A DNA stretch of 64,000 bases, from NCBI GenBank assembly GCA_963729875.1, contig CAVSPR010000004.1, forward strand, positions 56,886-120,885. The letters run 5' to 3'. The notes beneath the pieces were generated by a model. The model was not told the origin of the DNA and ran no database searches. It saw only the letters and a program-made list of their open reading frames with translations. This document shows, piece by piece, positions 1 through 8,806 of this stretch. Within the stretch, counting starts at the first letter, position 1. Every line of letters begins with the position of its first letter. The position numbers were made by a program, and so were the translations under genes. Origin of the DNA: an uncultured Acidobacteriota bacterium (GTDB lineage: Bacteria > Acidobacteriota > Vicinamibacteria > Fen-336).

Positions 1-234
1 GGGCGACAGGCGGCGGATCTCCCCGGGCGTCCCGCCGGTGACCGCCGCGTCCACGAGGATGGCGCGATCGTAGCCGGTCATCCTGTCCATCAGGCGCAGG
101 CCGCCGGCCTCCTCCTCCTCGACGTCCACGCCGGGCGTCCCGTCCAGCCGCTCGCGGACGAGCGCCGCCACCTTCAGCCCCACGGCGTCGTCGCCGAGGA
201 GGGGGTTGCCGAGGCCGAGGACCAGCGTGCGCAC
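1..234 (-). CDS. hydrogenase maturation protease (HyaD/HybD/HoxW family), 5' part only; gene continues beyond window start
   Basis: Reverse translation from GTG (232-234): VRTLVLGLGNPLLGDDAVGLKVAALVRERLDGTPGVDVEEEEAGGLRLMDRMTGYDRAILVDAAVTGGTPGEIRRL. The GNxLxGDDxxG and xxLVDA motifs are typical of NiFe-hydrogenase endopeptidases. Confidence 0.75.
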   Translation of the reverse strand, partial: MRTLVLGLGNPLLGDDAVGLKVAALVRERLDGTPGVDVEEEEAGGLRLMDRMTGYDRAILVDAAVTGGTPGEIRRLSP

Positions 235-375
235 GCCGCTCGATTATCCCCCGATGGGGACGGCCTCACCTCGACGTTGGAAAAGAGCCGTCCCGCGCCC
301 GACCGACGTCGTCTCGCCCGGGGGATGGGCGGCGAGACCAGCGGCGGGGTCCGCTCGTCGGGCGCGGGACGGAAA

Positions 376-414
376 GGGGAAAGAGAATGGGTATCACCGT
401 TGGGGTCTTTCCCC
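376..414. repeat. perfect 9-bp inverted repeat GGGGAAAGA-N21-TCTTTCCCC in a locally AT-richer divergent spacer
   Basis: 376-384 and 406-414 are exact reverse complements. There is no T-tract on either side, so it is not called a terminator. Confidence 0.6.
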
Positions 415-554
415 GCCTCCCAGTCTCCATCCGGCGCGAGCCGACGGGAATAGTCTTGATGAGCCATCCGGCTGCGACCTCCGGACTAAGCCGGCCGCCG
501 CCTCGTTCGGGTTGGTCGGATCGGGCGGGGAGCGGCCGCTATACTGGAGGTCTC

Positions 555-977
555 ATGCACAACGAGGCGAGTCCCGGCATCGCGGGCGACGCACCGCCGA
601 CGACCCGGACCCGCGCCCGCCGTCGGCTCCGGCTGCTCGCCGTGCTGCTGAATGCCGTCCTCTTCGGCGCCGGCGTGTACTTCCAGGCCCACCCCCGCGA
701 TCGCTACGACCTGTGGTCCGCGAGCGGAGTGGCCGCCGTGGCCATCCTCAACTCCGCCGCCCTCACCGTACCCACGCGCGACCGCGCCGGCGCCCGCTTC
801 GTCACGCGCCTGCGCCGGATCGCTCTCCTCGCCAACACCCTGCTCCTCTTCACCGCCGGCGTCATCGTCGTGCTCGCCGCCCTGCGCGATTGGCGGCACG
901 CCCTCCTCCAGGGGGTCGCCCTCGGCGTTCCCCCGCTGCTGACGATCGTCGCCCTGCGCCGCTACCCGCAGGGGTAG
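555..977 (+). CDS. small integral membrane protein, unknown function
   Basis: ATG 555 follows GGAGG (546-550). About 140 aa with four hydrophobic segments (LRLLAVLLNAVLFGAGVYF, GVAAVAILNSAALTV, IALLANTLLLFTAGVIVVLAAL, GVALGVPPLLTIVAL). Stop TAG 975-977. The track ORF starts earlier (387), but that N-terminus looks non-coding. Confidence 0.5.
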   Translation: MHNEASPGIAGDAPPTTRTRARRRLRLLAVLLNAVLFGAGVYFQAHPRDRYDLWSASGVAAVAILNSAALTVPTRDRAGARFVTRLRRIALLANTLLLFTAGVIVVLAALRDWRHALLQGVALGVPPLLTIVALRRYPQG

Positions 978-979
978 GC

Positions 980-2819
980 ATGTCCCTCGCCGACAAGCTC
1001 GAGCAGCTCCCCGCCCGCCCCGGCGTCTACCTCTTCAAGGGGGCGGAGGGGGGCATCCTCTACGTCGGCAAGGCCCGCGTGCTGCGCGACCGCGTGCGCT
1101 CGTACTTCCAGGCCTCGCGCCCGGCCGAGCTCCACAAGACCCGGATGGTCGGGGAGATCGCCGACCTCGACCTCGTGGTCACCGACAGCGAGATGGAGGC
1201 GCTCGCCCTCGAGAACAACCTCATCAAGCGCCACAAGCCGCCGTACAACGTGCGGCTCCGCGACGACAAGAACCACCCCTACCTCAAGCTGACCCTCTCC
1301 GAGGAGTACCCGCGCCTGTACGTCGTGCGCCGGCCCTCGGAGGACGGCAACGCCTACGGCGGGCCGTACATCCCGGCCAGCCTCGGGAGGAAGACCGCCG
1401 GCCTGGTGCGCAAGCTCTTCGGCATCCGCTCCTGCAAGGAGACGCTCGACGGGCGGCGCCCGCGGCCGTGCCTGCAGCACCAGATCAAGCGCTGCCTCGC
1501 GCCCTGCGTGGCGGAGGTCTGCCGGCTCGACCGCTACCGCCGCTCCTGCGAGGACGCGCGGCTCTTCCTGGAGGGCCGCACCGAGGAGGTCGTGCGCCGC
1601 CTGCGGCTGCAGATGGAGGAGGCCGCGGGGGCGGAGCGCTTCGAGGAGGCCGGCTCGCTGCGCGACCAGGTCCAGGCGCTGCTGCGCCTCGAGGCCCCGC
1701 AGAAGATCACCACCACCGACATCGAGGAGCGCGACCTGTTCGCGGCCCACGTCGAGGGCGACCGCGCCGCGGTGCAGGCCTTCAGCGTGCGCGACGGGAG
1801 GGTGGTGGCCCGGGAGGGGTTCCTCCTCGACCGCCTGACCGAGCCCGAGAGCGTGCTCGCCTCGACCCTCCAGCAGTTCTACGCCGTCGGGGCGCTACGT
1901 GCCCCGCGAGGTCCTGCTGCCAGGCGAGATCCCGGACCGCGACCTGCTGGAGCAGTGGCTGGCCGCGCGGCGGGGGACGGCCGTCCGCATCCACGTCCCG
2001 CAGCGCGGCGAGAAGGTCCGCCTCCTCGAGCTCGTCGTCCGCAACGCGCGGTTGGCCTTCGATCTCGAGTGGAAGCACCCCCGCCGGCAGTCGCGAGGAG
2101 ATCCTGCGAGCGCTGCGGGACCTCCTCGACCTCGAGGTCGAGCCCCAGCGCATCGAGTGCTTCGACATCTCGAACATCCAGGGCTCGGACGTCGTCGCCT
2201 CGATGGTCGGCATTCGAGGGCGGGCCTGCCGAAGAAGTCGGACTACCGGAAATTCCGGGTGAAGAGCGTCTCCGGCGCGCCCGACGACTTCGCCTCGATG
2301 CGCGAGGTGGTGGGCCGGCGCTACAAGAGGCTGCTCGAGGAGGGCAAGGACCTGCCCGACCTCGTGCTCATCGACGGCGGCAAGGGCCAGCTCGGAGCCG
2401 CGGTCGAGGCCCTCGAGGAGCTGGGCCTCGGGGACCAGCCCGTCGCCTCCCTGGCCAAGAAGGAGGAGCTGCTGTTCGTCCGCGGGGCGAGCGGGCCGAT
2501 CGCGCTGCCGCGCTCGTCTCCCGTCCTGCAGCTCGTCCAGCGGGTCCGGGACGAGGCCCACCGCTTCGCCGTCGGCTTCCACCGGCAGGCCCGCTCGAGC
2601 CGGACCCTCCGGTCCGAGCTCGACGACATCGCCGGCGTCGGCCCCGCCACCCGCCGCAAGCTCCTCTCGTTCTTCGGCTCGGTGCGGGGCGTCCGGGGCG
2701 CCGCCGAGGCCGAGCTGGCGGCGGTGGTGGGGAAGGCCACGGCCGCCCGCGTCCGCGCCCACTTCGACGGGGCGGAGCCGACTGGTTCCTCGACCGCCCC
2801 TTCCTCGTCGCAGCGGTGA
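980..2819 (+). pseudogene. uvrC: excinuclease ABC subunit C (UvrC), interrupted by four +1 frameshifts in this sequence
   Basis: MSLADKLEQLPARPGVYLFKGAEGGILYVGKARVLRDRVRSYF (GIY-YIG), CLQHQIKRCLAPCV, IECFDISNIQGSDVVASMV, KKSDYRKFRVKS, LIDGGKGQL, C-terminal HhH region. The frame moves forward by one at GGGG 1889-1892, CCCCC 2078-2082, GG 2209-2210 and CC 2225-2226. 1840 nt minus 4 is a multiple of 3. Confidence 0.9.
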
Positions 2820-2930
2820 ACCGGGTCGAGGCCTCCACCCACTGGGAGCAGCCCCGGCGATCGCCCGTCCGGACGTGTGGTAGGCTCGCCCGCTCTGCCG
2901 CGACCTGGCAAAGGAAGACAAGGAGTGAGA

Positions 2931-4292
2931 ATGCACGTCGCATCCCGGGCTGTGCGCTGCCTGCCCCTGTTCGCGGGCCTCGCCGCCGTGCCGTCGGCTC
3001 ACGGCCAGGAGCCCTCCGTCGCGCCTGCCGCCGCCGTCCTCTTCGAGAACGTCCGGGTCTTCGACGGGACCTCCGCGACGCTGTCCGCGCCGTCGAACGT
3101 GCTGGTCGTCGGGAACACCATCCAGGCGATCTCGACCGCGCCCATACCGGCCCCGGCCGGCGCTCCTCTCACTCGGATCGCGGCCGGCGGCCGGACCCTC
3201 ATGCCGGGGCTCATCGACGCCCACACGCACCTGATGTTCGCGACCGTCCCCCAGATGCTGATCCTGACCGGCGACATCGGCTACGTCCACATCGCCGCCG
3301 CGAAGGGGGCGACGGACACGCTGATGCGCGGCTTCACGAGCGTCCGCGACCTGGGGGGGCCCGTCTTCGGGCTGAAGCGCGCCGTCGACGCCGGGCTCGT
3401 GGCCGGGCCGCGGATCTGGCCCTCGGGCGCCTTCATCTCGCAGAGCGGCGGCCACGGCGACTTCCGGCTGCCGACCGAGATCCCGGCCCGGCCGGGCGAC
3501 TTCAGCTACGCCGAGCGCGTCGGTGCGGCGGCGATCGCCGACAGCCCCGACCTCGTGCGGCAGCGCACCCGCGAGCAGCTGCAGCTCGGGGCCTCGCAGA
3601 TCAAGCTCATGGCCGGCGGCGGCGTCGCGTCGAGCTTCGACCCGCTCGACGTCACGCAGTACACGACCCCGGAGCTGCGGGCCGCCGTCGAGGCGGCCGA
3701 GAACTGGGGCACGTACGTCACGGTTCACGCCTACACGCCGCGGGCGGTGCGGCAGGCGATCGAGGCGGGGGTGAAGTGCATCGACCATGGGCAGCTGCTC
3801 GACGAGGCCACGGCGAGGCTCATGGCCGAGAAGGGCATCTGGTGGAGCCTGCAGCCGTTCGTGGACGACGGGCCGTCGGCCTTCCCGGAGGGTTCGCCGA
3901 ACCGCAAGAAGCAGCTCGAGATGTTCGGCGGCACTGACACCGCCTACGGCCTCGCGAAGAGGCTCGGCATACGAACCGCGTGGGGGACCGACGTGCTGTT
4001 CGACGCGGCGGTCGCGGCCAGGCAGGGAGCGAAGCTCGCGGGGATGACGCGCTGGTACACGCCGCTCCAGGTGCTCAAGATGGCGACCGCGGACAACGCG
4101 GAGTTGCTGGCCCTGTCCGGCCTGCGCAGCCCCTACCCGGGCAAGCTCGGCGTCGTGCGGGAGGGCGCCCTCGCCGACCTCCTCCTCGTGGACGGCGACC
4201 CGATCGCGAACCTCGACCTCGTGGCCGACCCGGCGAGGACCTTCGTCGTGATCATGAAGGACGGCCGGGTCTACAAGAACACGCTGCGATGA
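2931..4292 (+). CDS. secreted amidohydrolase-family metallohydrolase (imidazolonepropionase/prolidase-like)
   Basis: ATG 2931 follows AAGGAG. Signal-like N-terminus MHVASRAVRCLPLFAGLAAVPSAHG. Has MPGLIDAHTHL (HxH metal motif) and the GASQIKLMAGGGV..VHAYT..IDHG pattern of amidohydrolase TIM barrels. Confidence 0.85.
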   Translation: MHVASRAVRCLPLFAGLAAVPSAHGQEPSVAPAAAVLFENVRVFDGTSATLSAPSNVLVVGNTIQAISTAPIPAPAGAPLTRIAAGGRTLMPGLIDAHTHLMFATVPQMLILTGDIGYVHIAAAKGATDTLMRGFTSVRDLGGPVFGLKRAVDAGLVAGPRIWPSGAFISQSGGHGDFRLPTEIPARPGDFSYAERVGAAAIADSPDLVRQRTREQLQLGASQIKLMAGGGVASSFDPLDVTQYTTPELRAAVEAAENWGTYVTVHAYTPRAVRQAIEAGVKCIDHGQLLDEATARLMAEKGIWWSLQPFVDDGPSAFPEGSPNRKKQLEMFGGTDTAYGLAKRLGIRTAWGTDVLFDAAVAARQGAKLAGMTRWYTPLQVLKMATADNAELLALSGLRSPYPGKLGVVREGALADLLLVDGDPIANLDLVADPARTFVVIMKDGRVYKNTLR

Positions 4293-4551
4293 GCCGGGGG
4301 CCGGTGCCGGCGGGGGTCGTCGCCCCCGACCCGGGCCGCTCGCGGCGGCCGAAGGCGTTGCTGCGGGGCGACCCTTGCGGCCGGGAGCGGGCGAAGCCGA
4401 TCTGGTACAGCGTGGCGAGGACGTCCGGGCGGGCGCGCAGGCTCCAGGCCGGCTTCGCCGCCTCCCACTGGCTCTGATCCAGGGCCGGGTTCGTCTCGGC
4501 GTCCACGACGGCCCGGGCGACGACCTGCCGCCCGGCGGGCACGGGGATCAC
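4252..4551 (-). CDS. hypothetical short ORF or gene remnant downstream of the AAA+ gene
   Basis: ORF track 99 aa. It starts 34 nt after the AAA+ stop. Only the first ~65 aa look protein-like (..DQSQWEAAKPAWSLRARPDVLATLYQIGFARSRPQG..). The 3' end overlaps the amidohydrolase by 41 nt. Confidence 0.25.
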   Translation of the reverse strand: MIPVPAGRQVVARAVVDAETNPALDQSQWEAAKPAWSLRARPDVLATLYQIGFARSRPQGSPRSNAFGRRERPGSGATTPAGTGPRLIAACSCRPGRPS

Positions 4552-4584
4552 GCCCCGGCGATCTCGAGCCGAGCCTCCAACACG

Positions 4585-5715
4585 TCAGCCGCCGAAGCCC
4601 TGGTCCCAGCCGGAGGTCGTGGACGCCGCGCCGCCCCGCTGGTCGCGGGCGAGGGCCTGCTTGACGACGTCGAGGTCGATGCGCACCACCCCGTTGGCGC
4701 CGGCGGCCGCGTGGGGGTCGAACTCGAGCGGCCCCACGATCCGGCGGAAGACCTCCTTGAGCGCGCGCGCCCCGAGGCGGGGCTGGCGGGCCGCCTCCCG
4801 CACGATGCGCTCGACCGCGTCCTTCGTGATCTCGAGCCGGCACCCGAAGCTCGCGAAGTAGGCCTGGGCCTGGCGCAGGCCCGAGTCGGTGCCCTCGACG
4901 AAGATCTTCGTGAGGGCCTCCTCGCCGAGGGCCTCGAGGAGCACCACCGCGTCGAAGCGGGACAGGAACTGCGGGCTCACCCCGTACTCGAAGAGGTCCT
5001 CGGTCTTCAGCCAGTCGCGCAGCGAGAACTGCAGCTCCTCGCGGGCGCGGCCGTCCTCGTCCACCACCGTCACCGGCCGCAGGGCCCCCTGGTCCTTGCC
5101 CGCGGTGACGCGGTAGTACACGGCATCGTAGAGGCCCTCGAAGGCCCCGGCGCACACGAACAGAAGGCCGCTCGAGTCCACGCTCACCCTGGCTCCGCCC
5201 GCCCAGTCGGGCAGGGTGAAGGGCACCGCCTCGTTCTCGATCAGGGTGAGGAGGGCCTCCTGGGCCCGGATGCCGGCCACGTTCGGCTGGCCTCCGACCT
5301 GGCTGCGGATCTTGTCCACCTCGTCGACGAAGACGAGGCCGTGGCTGGCCTGCCCGACGAGCCGCTCGACCGTCGCCGCCTCCCCGAGCTGCTCGCGCGC
5401 CCGCTCGACGAGCCGCATCAGCAGCTTCTCCGCGGGGTGGCCCTGCTCGGCCTCCTCGCCCAGGACGTTCGCATGCACGCGCACCACGGTGGACCGCAGG
5501 GCGAGGGCGGGGCTCGCGGCGAGGAGGGCCTCCACCGCCTGCATGAGCGTCGTCTTCCCCGACCCGGAGGAGCCGATGAGGAGGATGTTGCCGACCTTGA
5601 GGCGGGCCAGCTTCTTCGCGAGCGCGACCGACATCTCGCGAACGGCCTCCTTCTGGCCGACGACCCTCTTCTCGAGCGCCTGGGCGATCTGTATGGGCGA
5701 CGGGGTGGCGGGCAC
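4585..5715 (-). CDS. AAA+ ATPase, ClpX-like, without the N-terminal zinc-binding domain
   Basis: VVGQKEAVREMSVAL, Walker A LIGSSGSGKTTL, Walker B GLVFVDEVDKI, sensor region GLLFVCAGAF, and C-terminal lid RLGARALKEVFRRIV as in ClpX/HslU-type unfoldases. No C4 zinc ribbon at the N-terminus. Confidence 0.8.
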   Translation of the reverse strand: MPATPSPIQIAQALEKRVVGQKEAVREMSVALAKKLARLKVGNILLIGSSGSGKTTLMQAVEALLAASPALALRSTVVRVHANVLGEEAEQGHPAEKLLMRLVERAREQLGEAATVERLVGQASHGLVFVDEVDKIRSQVGGQPNVAGIRAQEALLTLIENEAVPFTLPDWAGGARVSVDSSGLLFVCAGAFEGLYDAVYYRVTAGKDQGALRPVTVVDEDGRAREELQFSLRDWLKTEDLFEYGVSPQFLSRFDAVVLLEALGEEALTKIFVEGTDSGLRQAQAYFASFGCRLEITKDAVERIVREAARQPRLGARALKEVFRRIVGPLEFDPHAAAGANGVVRIDLDVVKQALARDQRGGAASTTSGWDQGFGG

Positions 5716-5752
5716 GGCCCGATTCTACGCCGCTCCCGCTCCCCGAGCGCTG

Positions 5753-5761
5753 TGCTAGCAT
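5753..5761 (+). promoter_or_regulatory. candidate extended -10 box TGcTAGCAT for trpS
   Basis: TG-n-TAGCAT lies 12 nt upstream of ATG 5774 in the spacer between divergent genes. No good -35 element. Confidence 0.35.
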
Positions 5762-5773
5762 GACGGTTTCGCC

Positions 5774-6772
5774 ATGCCCCGACCCCGCATCCTCTCCGGC
5801 ATGCGCCCCACCGGCGCGCTCCACCTCGGCAACTACATGGGCGCCCTCGAGAACTGGGTCACCCTCCAGGACCGGTACGACTGCTTCTTCTCCGTCGTCG
5901 ACTGGCACTCGCTCACCACGGATTACGCCGACCCTTCGGCCATCCGCGAGAACGTGATCGAGGTGGCCACCGACTGGCTGGCCGCCGGCATCGACCCGGC
6001 GCGTTCGACCGTCTTCATCCAGAGCCTGGTCCCGCAGCACGCGGAGCTGCACCTGCTGCTCTCGATGATCGTGCCCGTGCCGTGGCTGGAGCGCGTGCCG
6101 ACCTACAAGGAGCAGCAGCAGAACATCGAGGGGAAGGACCTCTCGACCTACGGCTTCCTCGGCTACCCCTTGCTGCAGACCGCCGACATCATCATCTACA
6201 AGGCGGACGCGGTGCCGGTGGGTGAGGACCAGGCGCCCCACATCGAGATCGCGCGGGAGATCGTGCGCCGCTTCAACAACCTCTACGGCGACGTCTTCCC
6301 GGAGCCGCAGACGCTGCTGACCGAGTCGAAGCGCATCCCCGGCACCGACGGGCGCAAGATGTCGAAGTCCTACGGCAACGCGATCTACCTCAAGGACGAG
6401 CCGGAGGTGGTGAGACAGAAGCTGCGGCCGATGGTCACCGACCCCGCGCGCAAGCGCCGCACCGACCCCGGCGACCCCGACGTGTGCCCCGTGTTCGACC
6501 TGCACCGCGCCTTCTCGCCTCTCGCGACGCGGGAGTGGGCGGCCGCGGGCTGTCGCTCCGCCGGGATCGGTTGCCTCGACTGCAAGGCGAAGCTGGCCGA
6601 GCACATGCTCGAGCGCCTGGCGGACGTCCACGCCCGGCGCCCCGAGTTCGCGAAGCGCCCCGACACCGTGTGGGACGTCCTCATCGAAGGCTCGAAGAAG
6701 GCCCGCGAGGTGGCCGAGGCCACCATGGAGGACGTGCGCGGGGCCATGAAGATCCGCTACTCGAGGCCGTGA
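5774..6772 (+). CDS. trpS: tryptophan--tRNA ligase
   Basis: ILSGMRPTGALHLGNYMGAL (HIGH-type motif), GEDQAPHIEIAREI, KMSKS. 332 aa. Confidence 0.95.
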   Translation: MPRPRILSGMRPTGALHLGNYMGALENWVTLQDRYDCFFSVVDWHSLTTDYADPSAIRENVIEVATDWLAAGIDPARSTVFIQSLVPQHAELHLLLSMIVPVPWLERVPTYKEQQQNIEGKDLSTYGFLGYPLLQTADIIIYKADAVPVGEDQAPHIEIAREIVRRFNNLYGDVFPEPQTLLTESKRIPGTDGRKMSKSYGNAIYLKDEPEVVRQKLRPMVTDPARKRRTDPGDPDVCPVFDLHRAFSPLATREWAAAGCRSAGIGCLDCKAKLAEHMLERLADVHARRPEFAKRPDTVWDVLIEGSKKAREVAEATMEDVRGAMKIRYSRP

Positions 6773-7665
6773 GCGAAGAGAACGACACGCCGGCGGACCC
6801 GCCCGCCGGGACCGCCCCGCCGGAGGAGCACCGCCCCGACGAGGGGGCCGCGGCCCCCGCCGTCGCCGAGCGCGTCACCGTCCCCGAGGGCATGGAGTCG
6901 GTGCTCCCCGAGGACGCGCCGAGGATCCTGCTGCCCCTCTTCGAGGGCCCGCTCGACCTCCTCCTCTACCTCATCAAGCGGGAGAAGATCGACATCCACG
7001 ACATCCCGATCGCCCCCATCACGCGCCAGTACATGGAGTACCTGGAAGTGATGCGCGAGCTGAACCTCGACGTGGCCGGCGAGTTCATGGTGATGGCGGC
7101 CACCCTCATCCACATCAAGTCGAAGATGCTGGTCCCGATCCAGCCCACGGAGGCCGAGGGGGACGAGGAGCACGTGGACCCCCGCGAGGAGCTCGTGCAG
7201 CGGCTGCTCGAGTTCCAGCGGTACAAGGAGGCGGCCGGGATCCTCCACCAGCAGGCCCAGATCCGGGCCGCCACGTGGACCCGGCCGGAGACGGTGCTGC
7301 CGAGGTTCGACGACGCGGGCGAGGAGATGCTCGAGGCGGGCCTCTACGACCTGATCGCCGCCTTCAGGGAGCTGCTCGAGCGGCGCAAGACCCTGCTCGC
7401 CCACGAGGTCGAGAGCGAGGGCCCGCCCGTCGAGCAGCGCATGGAGGAGCTCCTCGCGATGATCGCGGAGGGCGCCTCGCTCGAGTTCCTCGAGCTGTTC
7501 GCGACGCTCGAGACGAAGGCCGCGATGATCGTGACGTTCCTGGCCCTGCTGGAGCTCATCCGCCTCAAGCGGGTCCGCGTCTACCAGCGCGGGATGTTCG
7601 GGCCGATCCGGGTGTTCCGGCCGGTGGGGCCGCCGGGCGAGAGCGCGCCCGTGCCGGTGTCGTAG
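6769..7665 (+). CDS. scpA: segregation and condensation protein A
   Basis: GTG 6769 overlaps the trpS stop (GTGA). LFEGPLDLLLYLIKREKIDIHDIPIAPITRQYMEYL is the ScpA signature. Confidence 0.9.
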   Translation: MSEENDTPADPPAGTAPPEEHRPDEGAAAPAVAERVTVPEGMESVLPEDAPRILLPLFEGPLDLLLYLIKREKIDIHDIPIAPITRQYMEYLEVMRELNLDVAGEFMVMAATLIHIKSKMLVPIQPTEAEGDEEHVDPREELVQRLLEFQRYKEAAGILHQQAQIRAATWTRPETVLPRFDDAGEEMLEAGLYDLIAAFRELLERRKTLLAHEVESEGPPVEQRMEELLAMIAEGASLEFLELFATLETKAAMIVTFLALLELIRLKRVRVYQRGMFGPIRVFRPVGPPGESAPVPVS

Positions 7666-7679
7666 GGAGGAGAGGGCGC

Positions 7680-8539
7680 TTGGACGAGAGCGACGACCAG
7701 AAGGAGAAGGGAAAAGAGCCCGGCGAGGTGCCCGCGGTCGAGCCCGAGGAGGCGAGCGTCCTGCCGCCGCAGCTGGTGCGCGCCGTGCTCGAGGCGCTCG
7801 TCTTCGCCTCGCCCCAGCCCATCACCGCGAGGGAGATCTCCCGCGTCCTGCAGGGAGTGCCCCGGGAGGACTGGGAGAGGGAGCTCGAGGAGCTGCGCGA
7901 GAGACTACGCCCGCGACGATCGGGGCCTGCAGCTGGTCGAGGTCGCCGGCGGGCACCAGGTCACCACCCGCCCCGAGTACAACGACTGGGTGCGGGAGCT
8001 GCTCGACCCGCGGACGCCGACCCGGCTGTCGATCCAGGCCCTGGAGACGCTCGCCGTCATCGCCTACAAGCAGCCGGTCACCCTTCCGGAGATCATCGAG
8101 CTGCGCGGCGTCAAGTCGGGGGGCGTCGTGAAGACGCTCCTCGAGAAGCGTCTCATCCGGATCATGGGCCGCAAGGAAGTGGTGGGCCGGCCCATCCTCT
8201 ACGGCACCACGAAGCAGTTCCTCCTCCACTTCGGGCTCCGGGACCTCGAGGAGCTGCCCAAGATCGAGGAGTTCGCCGAGGTGCTGGGCGAGGAGGTGGA
8301 CGTGGCCGGGCTCAAGCGGGCGATCGAGTCGCCCCTGCCCGTGCAGGTCGGCCTGTCCGACCCCGAGGGTGAGCAGATCCCGCTCTTCGAGCCGCCGCCG
8401 GCGGAGGGCGGGGACGACGGAAGGCGGCACGACAGCGGACATGGCCGACGGCGAGACAATTGGCGACGAACCGTCGGCCGACGAGCCGTCCGCCGACGAC
8501 CCGTCCGAGCCACCCGGCGACGAGCCGAACGAGCAATAA
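7680..8539 (+). pseudogene. scpB: segregation and condensation protein B (ScpB) with acidic tail, two +1 frameshifts in this sequence
   Basis: TTG 7680 follows GGGAGGAGAG. LVRAVLEALVFASPQPITAREI.., then after ~7903-7906 YARDDRGLQLVEVAGGHQVTTRPEY..LSIQALETLAVIAYKQPVTLPEIIELRGV..GRPILYGTT. After GG 8419-8420 comes a high-GC3 acidic tail ADGETIGDEPSADEPSADDPSEPPGDEPNEQ ending TAA 8537-8539, just before a strong hairpin. 860 nt minus 2 is a multiple of 3. Confidence 0.85.
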
Positions 8540-8553
8540 GCAATCACGGGGGG

Positions 8554-8580
8554 TCTGGGGGGTGCGAAGCACCCCCCAGA
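8554..8580 (+). terminator. 12-bp perfect stem, GAA loop hairpin after scpB
   Basis: TCTGGGGGGTGC-gaa-GCACCCCCCAGA starts 15 nt after the TAA. It is followed by an A-rich stretch, not a U-tract, so the terminator function is inferred. Confidence 0.5.
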
Positions 8581-8620
8581 ACAAAGAAAGCTGGGCGAAG
8601 TCGTAGGCGTATCCCGTCCC

Positions 8621-8801
8621 TAGTCCCCATGGTCTTGATCTACCTTGCCCTCGTGGCGGTCCCCGCAGCTCTAGTCCCCGCCTGATCAATCGGCATCGAT
8701 CCGCCCTCGCCCTCGTGACGTCCGCCTCGCTCCAGTCCCCACCTGATCCATCCCCCTCACGGACTCGCCTGCCCGTCAAGTCCCCTTCTGGCGATATGAT
8801 C
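8621..8801. repeat. four imperfect tandem units carrying AGTCCCC-(N3-16)-TGATC
   Basis: AGTCCCC at 8622, 8673, 8734 and 8779, each followed by TGATC. The second half-motif GCCCTCGTG(G/A)CG(G)TCC occurs in units 1 and 2. There are five GATC sites in ~165 bp. Confidence 0.6.
8795..8800 (+). promoter_or_regulatory. candidate -10 box TATGAT, 6 nt upstream of the rluB GTG (leaderless mRNA suggested)
   Basis: TATGAT 8795-8800; GTG 8807; no Shine-Dalgarno in between. Confidence 0.35.
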
Positions 8802-8806
8802 CCCCC

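Noticed and set aside
540-545. TATACT as a promoter -10 for the 555-977 membrane-protein gene.
   Set aside because: It directly abuts the GGAGG Shine-Dalgarno (546-550). A transcript starting ~7 nt downstream would lack the SD, so the two signals conflict and neither could be preferred.
206-3937. Very long ORFs in the track that run across or antisense to real genes. Examples: 206-3937 (+, 1243 aa), 15287-18577 (-, 1096 aa, antisense to gcvP), 53585-58042 (+, 1485 aa), 53928-57134 (-), 1782-3788 (-).
   Set aside because: Their translations are Arg/Pro/Gly/Ala low-complexity strings with no family motifs. They overlap ORFs with unmistakable conserved motifs in another frame. Stop-codon scarcity in very GC-rich DNA explains them. 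Only the in-frame tails that coincide with real genes (e.g. hpnD inside 53585-58042) were kept.
8629-8685. An 18-codon hydrophobic mini-ORF (MVLIYLALVAVPAALVPA) inside the repeat array, superficially like a type I toxin.
   Set aside because: It has no Shine-Dalgarno and no antisense-RNA evidence. Ala/Val/Leu/Pro-rich peptides arise by chance in GC-rich DNA, and it lies in the same frame as the implausible Arg-rich read-through of scpB.
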